Shown here one piece after another: positions 52,123-61,562 of a stretch of 64,000 bases of DNA (within the stretch, counting starts at the first letter, position 1; the number at the start of each line of letters is the position of its first letter). The DNA comes from Candidatus Methanomethylophilaceae archaeon. GTDB taxonomy: Archaea; Thermoplasmatota; Thermoplasmata; Methanomassiliicoccales; Methanomethylophilaceae. Below the pieces are notes generated by a model that saw only the letters and a list, made by a program, of their open reading frames with translations, was not told where the DNA came from and searched no databases. The stretch covers positions 1,143 through 65,142 of the forward strand of contig JAZODL010000199.1 of assembly GCA_045596945.1 (NCBI GenBank), written 5' to 3'. Position numbers and translations under genes: made by a program.

Positions 52123-53841
52123 ATGGTACGTGTTTCAGGACCGAAGGTCCCCTTCATCAAATCCGCGACGGCACCTCCCAAGCCGACGGTGACCTCGGTT
52201 GCGCCCGACATCTTCGGCAACCTCGAGAAGGACACCGTCGACGTGTTCCGTGCCGCGGATCGTGTCGGGCAGGCCATCATGAACGGCGAGAGGCCGTCCA
52301 ACTTCATGTACAGAGTGACCGAGCAGTCCAACTTCTGGTACATGTACAACCTGATGGACTGGTACGTGTCGGAGGTCTCCGTGGTGTCCACGGTCATCCT
52401 GCGCTCCGTGTCCGAGCTGTTCAGGCACGACATCAGCTTCGAACCCAGGTTCTCCTTCAAGTGCGAGGAATGCGGTCATGAGAGCCAGACGTACATAGAC
52501 ATGTGTCCCAGGTGCCGTTCCACGCACCTGCGCAGGCCCGATGAGACCCAGCTGGAGTACTTCAAACGTCCCAACGGCAAATCGTTCCTGGACGAGGCGA
52601 ACAACAGCGGTCAGTCCCTCAAGGACGTTCTGAGGAGCTTCGCCGAATCCGAGTACAGGAACAACGAGGGGTACATCCTCACCATCACGGGGGACATAGT
52701 GGACAAGGGCACCGGCAGACTGTCGAGAGCCTACCCCCTGGAGTTCATCGCATACGACCCGAAGTTCGTCATGAACCTCCACGATGAGACGGGTACCCCC
52801 GGCAGGACCTATGCGTTCGTCAGGGAGGACAGGAACGCCCTCATAAACCTGGACAAGGACGAAGACGCCCTCCAGGTCGTAGATGAGAAGGGCCTGGAGC
52901 TCTACCCGGCCTACTGGAAGGTAGGGGAGTCCCCCGGGGCCACCGGCAGGTACTTCCTGTACACGCAGGAGGAGGTTTACCACGACCATTGGTTCAGACC
53001 CTCCCTGACCTACGGCATCCCCATATGGTTCGACATCGAGGACGACCTCCTGACATACCACTTCATCGAGAAGCACTTCCACAAGAGGTACAAGTTCGGA
53101 ATCGTCAGGAAGATGGTCATCCTGCCCGGGTTCAAGGACGAGGATGTGGAGGACATCACCAAGGGAATCCAGGACATCCTGGCGACCAATGACAACTCCA
53201 TCCCCATCATATGCACACCGCCCCAGCTAGCGGGCACGGCGGAGATGAGGGCCCAGACCCTTGAGCTCGGTACCGAGGATGCCTCCCAAGCCATGCAGAT
53301 CAAGAACGACATCAGGGATCGTATCTGCGCCCATGTGGGTGCACCCAACATCTTCGTGGGTGACGCCGAGGCATCCGGGGGTATGAACAACGAATCCCAG
53401 CAGATCACCATCTTCGACAGGTACCTGATGGACAAGTACAACGCCATCGACCGCGCCCTGAAGTACATCCTGTCCTGGTTCCCCTCCATCACGGATTGGG
53501 AGCTCTGCATCAACCGTCCCAGCAAGGCCCACACCGACGCCAAGCGCAGATTGGACAAGATAGGCGAAGCCCAGCTCATGAAGTCCCTGGGGTTCGACAT
53601 CACCTACATGGACGGCGAGTTCAGGTACTCCGAGGAACCCATCGACCAGATACAGAGGAAGGAGCAGGAGACCATGATGGCCCAACAGCAGCAGATGGCC
53701 ATGATGGGGGGGGGCATGATCCCCGGAGACGGGGACGGACCCCCCGAGAAGGGCACCGCCCGCCGCGAGGACCCCGAGATCGGCGACTCGAAGGACGAGA
53801 TCGACCTCTCCAAGAGGGAGGCCGAGGACTCCATGGAGTGA
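52123..53841 (+). CDS. portal protein (with zinc-ribbon insertion)
   Basis: Follows TerL; YGIPI, ICAHVGAPNIFVG; CEECG...CPRC insert. Confidence 0.75.
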   Translation: MVRVSGPKVPFIKSATAPPKPTVTSVAPDIFGNLEKDTVDVFRAADRVGQAIMNGERPSNFMYRVTEQSNFWYMYNLMDWYVSEVSVVSTVILRSVSELFRHDISFEPRFSFKCEECGHESQTYIDMCPRCRSTHLRRPDETQLEYFKRPNGKSFLDEANNSGQSLKDVLRSFAESEYRNNEGYILTITGDIVDKGTGRLSRAYPLEFIAYDPKFVMNLHDETGTPGRTYAFVREDRNALINLDKDEDALQVVDEKGLELYPAYWKVGESPGATGRYFLYTQEEVYHDHWFRPSLTYGIPIWFDIEDDLLTYHFIEKHFHKRYKFGIVRKMVILPGFKDEDVEDITKGIQDILATNDNSIPIICTPPQLAGTAEMRAQTLELGTEDASQAMQIKNDIRDRICAHVGAPNIFVGDAEASGGMNNESQQITIFDRYLMDKYNAIDRALKYILSWFPSITDWELCINRPSKAHTDAKRRLDKIGEAQLMKSLGFDITYMDGEFRYSEEPIDQIQRKEQETMMAQQQQMAMMGGGMIPGDGDGPPEKGTARREDPEIGDSKDEIDLSKREAEDSME

Positions 53842-53845
53842 TTCC

Positions 53846-54433
53846 GTGGAGATCGGGATGACCATCTCCATGGAGGGAGCCGACATCGAGGCCCTCGCCA
53901 TCGAGGTCCTGTCGGGGTCCGGTAGACTGGACCCCCACTGTGTCGTGATAGACTGCGAGCACGCATTGCCGATGGAGTTCGGCACTAGCCCCGCCAAGAA
54001 GCGGGCCTCCCTCAGAGGGGGGCCCCCCTCCAAGGCATGGATCAACATACGCGAGTGGTGCAGGGTCAGATGGGGAATCACCGACCCGAGGGAACTGGAC
54101 AGGAGGGCGGGAGCCCTCTACAAGAGAATCATGGACAACGGTCTCGCCCCCCATCCCTTCATCAGGCCCGCCATGGAGGAGATCCGCGAGGAGCTGCTCA
54201 CCCTCGACGGGGAGCACTGGTTCAACGAGCATTCTGTGGAGGACCTGGCCGAGTACCTCGCCGAACGCATGCGCGAGATCCTGATCGAGCACGACACCGT
54301 GTTCACGGGCGAGCTCCTGGACAGCATCCATGTCACACCCTGGTACGGCGACGAGGCGGAGGGCATACCCGAGCTGGGGGATCTCTGGAGCGACCCGTCC
54401 GCAGGTGTCAACGGCAGGACCGAGGAGGAATGA
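53846..54433 (+). CDS. HK97 gp10-like neck/tail completion protein
   Basis: MEFGT...APHPFIRPAM; TGELLDSI. Confidence 0.55.
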   Translation: MEIGMTISMEGADIEALAIEVLSGSGRLDPHCVVIDCEHALPMEFGTSPAKKRASLRGGPPSKAWINIREWCRVRWGITDPRELDRRAGALYKRIMDNGLAPHPFIRPAMEEIREELLTLDGEHWFNEHSVEDLAEYLAERMREILIEHDTVFTGELLDSIHVTPWYGDEAEGIPELGDLWSDPSAGVNGRTEEE

Positions 54434-54434
54434 G

Positions 54435-54869
54435 ATGTCCCACAAGAGGGAGTACGCCATAAAGAGGATGATCCTGGCCCATCCGCGCCAATGGCTCAAC
54501 ATGATGGACATCGCATGCGAGGTGAACCTCACCTACAGGCAGACGGTCAAACTCTGCCAGTGCATGGCCCAGCCCCCGTACGAGTGCAGGGTGTCCCCCT
54601 TCACGGACATGCTCCAGATAAGGGTGGATGTGGACGGGGACGAGGTCCGTCTGCTCATGCGCGACCTCATGGAGAGGTCGTTCGGGATAACCGACGAGAT
54701 GGAACTCACACTCGAGCGCATCCTGGACGAGAGGGGCGACATGACCCTCTCGGAGCTGATGGGGGCGACGGGGTACACGAGGTCCGAGATACTCCGCATG
54801 ATATCCATACTCGACATCGAGCAGTTCAAGAGGGGTCAACACATAGCATACAGGAGAAGAAAGGGGTGA
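54435..54869 (+). CDS. helix-turn-helix protein
   Basis: MTLSELMGATGYTRSEILRMI. Confidence 0.5.
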   Translation: MSHKREYAIKRMILAHPRQWLNMMDIACEVNLTYRQTVKLCQCMAQPPYECRVSPFTDMLQIRVDVDGDEVRLLMRDLMERSFGITDEMELTLERILDERGDMTLSELMGATGYTRSEILRMISILDIEQFKRGQHIAYRRRKG

Positions 54870-54873
54870 TCGG

Positions 54874-55890
54874 ATGTATCAGACGATTTACGAACTACCT
54901 TCACAGGTCCGTAGTTCTCTCGACGAGACGGATCAGAAGGTTTTTCTGGAAGCTTACAACAGTAAGGCACCTTCGACCGAGGCGGAAGTCAGGGAGGCGA
55001 TGAAACATGCATGGAGGACATGCAGGACGTTGCCGTCCTCGTTCTCCTTCAACATCATCGCATCCGTGGACGACATCGACCGCGACGGGGAGGTCATCGA
55101 CATGGACTCCATAAAGGAGCACATGGATTCCTTCATCGACTTCGGAGGGGCCCTCCAGAAGGACCATTCCTCGTACCAGCTGGGTCTGATATGGGATTGG
55201 AACCCCATCGAGCACAACGGGATGGATGCCGTGGAGGTCTGGGGCAACATGTTCGGGGGGGATCTGGTCTACGATCAGTCCCGTAAGGCGTTCGTGGATG
55301 GGATGAACAACCTGTCAATCGCAGGGGAAGCCTCCAAGGGGAGGTTCCAGTGCGACAAGCGTGGATGCTACGTCAAACGCGACGTCAGGCAGCTACTGGA
55401 GATATCCCTCTGCGTCAAACCCGCCAACAGGCACTGCACCCTCAAGTGGTACAACGAGGACGCCAGGATGACCAAATCGTACGGAGGGGACGTCCGCATG
55501 GACGTCAAGCAGTACGAGATACACAGGAGCTACGACTTCTGTCCCACCCAGGCGCTCTGCAAGAGCCTCAGGGACTGCGGGATAGATGCGCACGCGACGT
55601 ACGACGGCGTGGAGGTGGCCATGACGGGGGAGAGGTTCCTGGAACTGGTCCCCATGTGGAAATCGCTCGGAGTGATTCCGTCCTACAGGGGCGGCCATGC
55701 CGTGCTGTGGAACAGAGACATGGCCCTGGAGAAGCTCTTCAAGGACGGGTACGAGAAGGGATACCTGGATGGTGACGGGAAGGTCACCGGACACATCACC
55801 CGGGCCCAGTTCAGGAGGTTGTTCGATGCAGACGTCCTCGAGACCCGTGATGGGAGGTACAGGCTTTGCAGGCCGGAACCCCCGTTCTGA
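54874..55890 (+). CDS. prohead protease with N-terminal ChaB-like domain
   Basis: YELPSQVR..L...QKVFLEAYN..AW (ChaB); ASVDDIDRDGEVI, H, LSIAG, LEISLC..PAN (HK97-type protease). Confidence 0.75.
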   Translation: MYQTIYELPSQVRSSLDETDQKVFLEAYNSKAPSTEAEVREAMKHAWRTCRTLPSSFSFNIIASVDDIDRDGEVIDMDSIKEHMDSFIDFGGALQKDHSSYQLGLIWDWNPIEHNGMDAVEVWGNMFGGDLVYDQSRKAFVDGMNNLSIAGEASKGRFQCDKRGCYVKRDVRQLLEISLCVKPANRHCTLKWYNEDARMTKSYGGDVRMDVKQYEIHRSYDFCPTQALCKSLRDCGIDAHATYDGVEVAMTGERFLELVPMWKSLGVIPSYRGGHAVLWNRDMALEKLFKDGYEKGYLDGDGKVTGHITRAQFRRLFDADVLETRDGRYRLCRPEPPF

Positions 55891-56294
55891 CACCGGACGG
55901 CCTGGATGATGCGGATATCCTCTACCTCTACGATGGAACCTTCGACTACGGAGGGTTCCTGGAGGCCGTGGGGCCCATCATCCCGGAATACGCCGACGTG
56001 CCGGATGCGATGGATTTCGCAGGTGACGGCGGGGCCGACACCGTGTTCCTGGAGGGCGAGCCCGAGGAGGGGTACGATGTCCACGACCTGTTCCGTCGCA
56101 TGGGCATCCCGAGGCTCGATGGAGGGGGCGGGTTCGTGTACCTCCGTCCCCTGACGTATCTGGTGGCCCGGGGTTCCGCCAACCTGTCTACGGAGGAGTA
56201 CGAGGTCCCCGTGACGCTCAGACTGGCCGGAACGCTCGCCATAGCCCCCCTGGACTACGGGGAGCGCTGCACCACATACACGGCAATATTATAA
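55866..56294 (+). CDS. hypothetical protein
   Basis: ORF between protease and scaffold; start uncertain. Confidence 0.45.
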   Translation: MQAGTPVLTPDGLDDADILYLYDGTFDYGGFLEAVGPIIPEYADVPDAMDFAGDGGADTVFLEGEPEEGYDVHDLFRRMGIPRLDGGGGFVYLRPLTYLVARGSANLSTEEYEVPVTLRLAGTLAIAPLDYGERCTTYTAIL

Positions 56295-56323
56295 TATGCT
56301 ACAAACACATCGTGTGCCCAGGT

Positions 56324-58219
56324 ATGCCTATGGATTCTGACGAAGCGTGGGACAGGTTCAGGGACGACTCCTACAGTGTCCGCAAAGCCTCCATCAGCGA
56401 GAAGCTCGACGTCATCGCCGCCGCTATCCAGGAGATGCAGACGGATACCAAGCGTACCGCGGAGATCGTACCCAAGATCATGGGTGACGAGGCCGCCCTT
56501 GATGCCGCCAACGCAGAGGCGGGGTCGGAGGGGCTCGCACCGGGTATGGACCCCAGCATGGACATGCAGGGGGACATGATGGGAGAAGAGACTATGAACG
56601 AGGAAGATGGAGCCATCCCCCCCGAGGGAGGGGAGGCTATGGATCCCGGTATGGCCGGAGGCATGCCTCCGATGGACGTACCGGAGGGCGAAGCTCCCCC
56701 CATGGGTGGCGACGCAATGGCCGGTGCCCCACCCATGGACGCAGGGATGGATGACGACTACATCTCCGATGAGGAGATAGAGCGCATCCTCGGAGGTTCG
56801 TTCGAGGTGGGGCCCGAGGATACGACTATGATGGAGGAGGGCACCGTTCCTGCCATGCCCGCCGCCTCCATGGGCGGAGGGGAGCTGGACAGCGCCGCGA
56901 GCAACCTCATGTCCGCACTCAAACAGGCCATGCACGAAGCGGTGGACGCAGGCGACATGGAACGCATCATGATGCTGTCCCAGAAGGAACAGGAGATTAT
57001 GGCGGCCCTCGGAGGGGTCGCGAACGTCACACTCCCCGATACCACCATGGGCCCCGGACCCGGGGAGATACCCATGGATGAGGAGATCGGAGAGGAAATC
57101 GACGAGGAGACTCCCAAGGGGGAGGCTCCCGAGACCGAAGGAGGAGATAGCGATGCCGAAGGAGATTCCGCCGATGAAGGTGAAGGGGCTGGCCCCTCGG
57201 ATGGTGAGGAGAAGGGTAAGACCCCTGGGAAAGAGGACGATGAGGACAGCGGAGACGGTGATGATGACGAAGCCGAGGACGACGACACGGAGTCAACTAA
57301 GAAGTCCGTGACGGAGGAGGCCTTCGAGGACATCCCCGATGAGATAGCCCTCTCATGCGGGCCCGGCTCGGGTTACGCGATGGAGGTCGCCGACGGAGTA
57401 TCCGATATAGACACCATCATGAAGTCCATGGAGGAGGCCCTATTCAGGATGCCCACCGTCCTGGATATTATGTCAGGCAACGTGGACACCGCCGAGATGA
57501 TGAAATCCACCGTCGACCACGACATCCCCGATGACGACATCTTCACCGGCACCGATTCATTCGAGGAGTCCTGCGACAAGTCCATGGGAGACGACTTCAT
57601 GAAGTCCGACGACAGGATAGCATCCGCGATGAGCATCTTCGACATGAAGACCGAGTCCGGTGTCAAGAACCCCGACTCCATCGCATCCGCAGGCACAGCG
57701 GAGGAGGCGCTCGCCGTAACGGGCCATCAGGACCCCGATGCAATCGCGAGCGCGGAGCCCATCATGGAGCTCAGCAAATCCGCCGACACCGCCGAGTCCC
57801 ACAAGGACATGTCCAGGGGCCACCAGGATCCCGATGCAATCGCATCCGCAGGCACAGCGGAGGAGGCCCTGTCCCACAAGGGGAAGCAGGACCCCGACTC
57901 CATCGCATCCGCGGACAGGTCCGTGGACGAGGAGGATGCCGACAGCAGCGAGGGCACCAGGAGCCCCTTCAGCATAGGGAAGAGTTCCGAGAGCCAGGGC
58001 AGGGAGATCATGTCCCTCAGGGAGATGATGGCATTCGCCAAGAGCGACAGGCCGAGTCTCCTCGCCACCGTCAACGGTGACATGGAGAGGCCCGACCTCG
58101 ACGCCATACACAAATCGAACACCCCTGTCGTCAGGATGGGACAGGGAGTCGACCCCCTCGATGTCATCAGGGGCGACCTCGACAGGTATAACCTTTTTAT
58201 TAACAGAAACACGTACTAA
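56324..58219 (+). CDS. putative scaffolding protein (acidic, Met-rich)
   Basis: Directly upstream of the capsid gene; low complexity with internal repeats. Confidence 0.6.
   Translation: MPMDSDEAWDRFRDDSYSVRKASISEKLDVIAAAIQEMQTDTKRTAEIVPKIMGDEAALDAANAEAGSEGLAPGMDPSMDMQGDMMGEETMNEEDGAIPPEGGEAMDPGMAGGMPPMDVPEGEAPPMGGDAMAGAPPMDAGMDDDYISDEEIERILGGSFEVGPEDTTMMEEGTVPAMPAASMGGGELDSAASNLMSALKQAMHEAVDAGDMERIMMLSQKEQEIMAALGGVANVTLPDTTMGPGPGEIPMDEEIGEEIDEETPKGEAPETEGGDSDAEGDSADEGEGAGPSDGEEKGKTPGKEDDEDSGDGDDDEAEDDDTESTKKSVTEEAFEDIPDEIALSCGPGSGYAMEVADGVSDIDTIMKSMEEALFRMPTVLDIMSGNVDTAEMMKSTVDHDIPDDDIFTGTDSFEESCDKSMGDDFMKSDDRIASAMSIFDMKTESGVKNPDSIASAGTAEEALAVTGHQDPDAIASAEPIMELSKSADTAESHKDMSRGHQDPDAIASAGTAEEALSHKGKQDPDSIASADRSVDEEDADSSEGTRSPFSIGKSSESQGREIMSLREMMAFAKSDRPSLLATVNGDMERPDLDAIHKSNTPVVRMGQGVDPLDVIRGDLDRYNLFINRNTY
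57670..57915 (+). repeat. internal repeats (Q)DPD[AS]IASA(GTAEEAL) x4
   Basis: Visible in protein and DNA. Confidence 0.75.
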
Positions 58220-58230
58220 GGGCGATATAT

Positions 58231-59550
58231 ATGGGAGCGAAAGGTAATTTCATCTACCAGGACGACCAGCTCAGGGGTAGTACCTACCCTCAGAAGGGAA
58301 GCTGCATGTGGGACCTCATGGAGGATTTCTACGCGGCACAGTACAACACAGCGATTGCCAAATCCGCAGGCTCCGCCGTCTACACCACCGACAGGCAGAA
58401 CGGATACGTCAACGCCATCTACGGCAAGTACATCACCGCGGCGATGTTCTCCAGCGACAATGTCTTCACCGCACTCGGAGCCCGCCCCTACAACCATGAG
58501 GGTGTCAGGATCGCAACCGAGATGGCCTCCTACGGTCTCGCCACCGCAGACGACATCGCGAAGGGACTGACCGGTGTGGAGGAGGGCGAGTTCGCAGGTA
58601 TCGGTGCGACCACTGTCCAGGACGGATACGTTCCCGAGTCCGTCAAGATGCCCGTGGGAGAGTACAGGGAGCCCTGGAAGGACCTCCCCCTCGACTTCGA
58701 CTACGGTCTCGGTCTCTCCGCAATCGAGAACAAGGACGATGTCATCGCGAAGAAGGATTATTTCGACAAGATCTCCAAGAACTACAGCGACCTCATCGAC
58801 AAGACCATCCTCAGACCCATCCAGATCAAGCAGCCCTCCATGAACGGCTATGAGACATCCCTGAACGGACTTGCAAGGCTTGTCTCCGGATTCTCCGAGA
58901 TCGACAGGGAGGTTAAGGGAAGGACCCTCGATGCGGGAATGGTCTCCCCCTACGGAGGACTCACAGCCGCACGTGGGGACTTCTACAACATGAGGTCCCA
59001 GAAGGAGACCAACCTCGACTCCAACATCATCGACGGAAAGGGACAGGTCCTCGGACTCAACCACCTCAGGACCCTCTACAGGGATTGTCACATCAACTGG
59101 GACGACAGTGCCAACCCCAACAACAAGATGTGGGTCATGTCGAACGTGGCCAGGGACAAGCTCGAGGCAATCATGCAGGCCAACAACATCCTGCTCAACA
59201 CCGTCTATGCATCCAGGGACTTCAACGGAGTCAAGACTGTGCCCGGTAGGGATGCGGGACTCGTGCTCTCCAGCTACAACAACATCCCGATCATCCCCGA
59301 CGGTAACATCAACTTCGACTACAAGACCAAGAAGGTCTCCAAGGTCTCCATGGGAGATATCATGCTCCTCGACCTCGACCACATCTGGATGTCGATTCTC
59401 ACACCCGTCGAGCTCTACAACATCAACAACCCTGCCGTCACCAGGAAGCTGCAGGAAGTCAATCTCATCCACATGCGTTGTGAGACCCGTATCGACAGCT
59501 TCATCCAGCACGGAAAGATTGTGGGACTTGCCGACGACACCCTCATCTGA
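58231..59550 (+). CDS. major capsid protein (HK97 fold)
   Basis: Position after protease/scaffold, strong codon bias, YNNIPIIPD...IMLLDLDH...HGKIVGL. Confidence 0.8.
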   Translation: MGAKGNFIYQDDQLRGSTYPQKGSCMWDLMEDFYAAQYNTAIAKSAGSAVYTTDRQNGYVNAIYGKYITAAMFSSDNVFTALGARPYNHEGVRIATEMASYGLATADDIAKGLTGVEEGEFAGIGATTVQDGYVPESVKMPVGEYREPWKDLPLDFDYGLGLSAIENKDDVIAKKDYFDKISKNYSDLIDKTILRPIQIKQPSMNGYETSLNGLARLVSGFSEIDREVKGRTLDAGMVSPYGGLTAARGDFYNMRSQKETNLDSNIIDGKGQVLGLNHLRTLYRDCHINWDDSANPNNKMWVMSNVARDKLEAIMQANNILLNTVYASRDFNGVKTVPGRDAGLVLSSYNNIPIIPDGNINFDYKTKKVSKVSMGDIMLLDLDHIWMSILTPVELYNINNPAVTRKLQEVNLIHMRCETRIDSFIQHGKIVGLADDTLI

Positions 59551-59584
59551 GGAGACGTGTGAAAAGGGGGCGATTGCCCCCGAC

Positions 59585-60067
59585 TTACTCACCTTGTGTA
59601 TCGGAGGGGTCGGACTCCCCGTCCCCCCTCCCCTCACCCCGTGTCCTACGGGGTTCGGTTATTGCGCGTTTGACATCCCATCCGTCCTCTATCCTGTGCA
59701 GGACCACGTGGGGCGGGATGTCGTAGATACGGCACCATCTGGCCAGGGTCTTCCTGTGGCCGTCCACCGTGTAGTAACTGGCGGTGGTGCGGTTGTTCGC
59801 CTGGGCCCTGCGGGAGACCCAGCGGCAGTTGGTGGGGGAGTACCCCCTGTTGTTGCTCACCCTGTCCAGGGTGAGGTCGTTCGAATACCCGTTGTCGAGG
59901 GCCCACCTCTCGAACTCCATGTAGTCATCCCTCCACTCTGGACACATCCTTATGCCACGGCCTCCGTACTTTGGGTAGTCCTTGCAGGCGGGGTTCATGG
60001 TGCGTTTGCGGCACGACCTCCATATCTCCCTCAGGCGGGCGTGCTCCTCCCTGGTGGCCTCCCTCAT
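59585..60067 (-). CDS. HNH endonuclease-like protein
   Basis: YGGRGIRMCPEW...LTLDRVSNNRGYSPTNCRW...QANNR. Confidence 0.75.
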   Translation of the reverse strand: MREATREEHARLREIWRSCRKRTMNPACKDYPKYGGRGIRMCPEWRDDYMEFERWALDNGYSNDLTLDRVSNNRGYSPTNCRWVSRRAQANNRTTASYYTVDGHRKTLARWCRIYDIPPHVVLHRIEDGWDVKRAITEPRRTRGEGRGDGESDPSDTQGE

Positions 60068-61440
60068 GTCAGCTCCCTCGATTCGGGTGCGGAGAGGATG
60101 CGATCGAGCTCCGACACGTCTATGTCCACGGCATCGGACCCATCATCGGGGGGCGAATAGCGGGAGGCCCTCCTGTCCGCAGGGAGTTTCGGGGGCCTGT
60201 TCCTGTACGTCTGCCTCATCAGGCCCAGGTTGACCGTGGAGAGCTCCACCTTCATGAACCTGAGTCCGAACCTCACCTTGTCATTCTCCTCGTCCAGCTC
60301 CAGCTCCTCGATGATTCCCAGGTTCCTGTCCCCTGCGAACAGCTCGAACACCATCATGTAATCTATGCTGGAGGGCGTCACGTTGGGGTAGTAATCCATC
60401 CTGACGTGGAAATCATCGTTCAGTCTGAATGCGAACCCTTTCTTGTCCCTCATGTCGTCCAGGGCCATGTAGTACGCCTCGGATGCCCTGTCCCTTGCGG
60501 ACTTGGTTTCCGTGTCGTAGAACGTGTATCCGTGGTACGCCTCGAAGTACTTCCTCAGCATGATGCATCTGAATGCGCTGACCGGCTTCTCCCTCTTCTT
60601 CCTCGTCTTCCTCACCATCCTGGTTCCCTGTATCTTCTTCCTGCGGGGGTTCAGGATATCCATCTTGTCTATGCCGTACGGCAACCGGACTCCCTGGATC
60701 TCCAGAGTATCCATGATGAACTCCCAGTTCGGTACCCTCTGCACATGCTCGGATATCCTGACCATGTCCAGTCTGTCCACATCCCTCTTGTAGTCCATGA
60801 TGCACAGGAATGCGAAGTAGAACACGAAATGGAGTTCCTCCACATACCTGTACCACTTGTCGAAGATGGTCCTGTCCATGACGATCCACTTGGCCAGCGG
60901 GTCGACGGACACGATGGACGCGTTCTCGGGAGGTTCCGTGACCCTGAACATCAGCTCCGTCATGCAGTGGGCTCCACGGACCTCGTCATGGTCCAGGTAC
61001 TCCAGCAACCACTGGCGGTAGGGCCCATCCCAGAAGTACCTCCAGGTGTTCTTCCCGGCATGCACCACGTCGAACTCCTGTGGCATGTGGTGCCTGAGGT
61101 ACCTGCGGTACCTCTTGACGAAATGTCTCTGCTACATGGCGGTGGACATACTCTGGGCGATGGGCCTGAAACGGTTCTTCAGGACCGTGTTGGAGTATAT
61201 CCCCCTGAAGAACTTCATCTTCAGCTCGTCGGTCAGTCCCCTGTACACGCCCGGGAGCGTGACGTAGAGCTCCCTGTCCACGAGTTCGGCATCATAGTGG
61301 ATGCCGGGCATGTGCATGTCATAGTCCACGATGCATATGTCCAGCCTCTCCCCGTTGTCCACCCTCTCCATGAGGATGCTGTCCCTGATGGGTTCATCCT
61401 CGTCGAACCCCAGGTCCGATTTGAAAATCCTGATCTCCAT
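60064..61440 (-). CDS. hypothetical protein with one in-frame TAG (candidate pyrrolysine readthrough, 458 aa)
   Basis: ORFs 61132..61440 and 60064..61086 share a frame and are separated only by TAG at 61132-61134 plus 15 sense codons. Confidence 0.55.
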
Positions 61441-61562
61441 TGGGAATCACCCGGGTATGTGCATGCGGGGCGAGGAGGGCATCCCGATCAGAATAGAGGT
61501 ATTGACCGGACGGACTGATGCCTGTTCCACCCCGCATTGTGCACCCCGGGGGCGCCCCTCCA

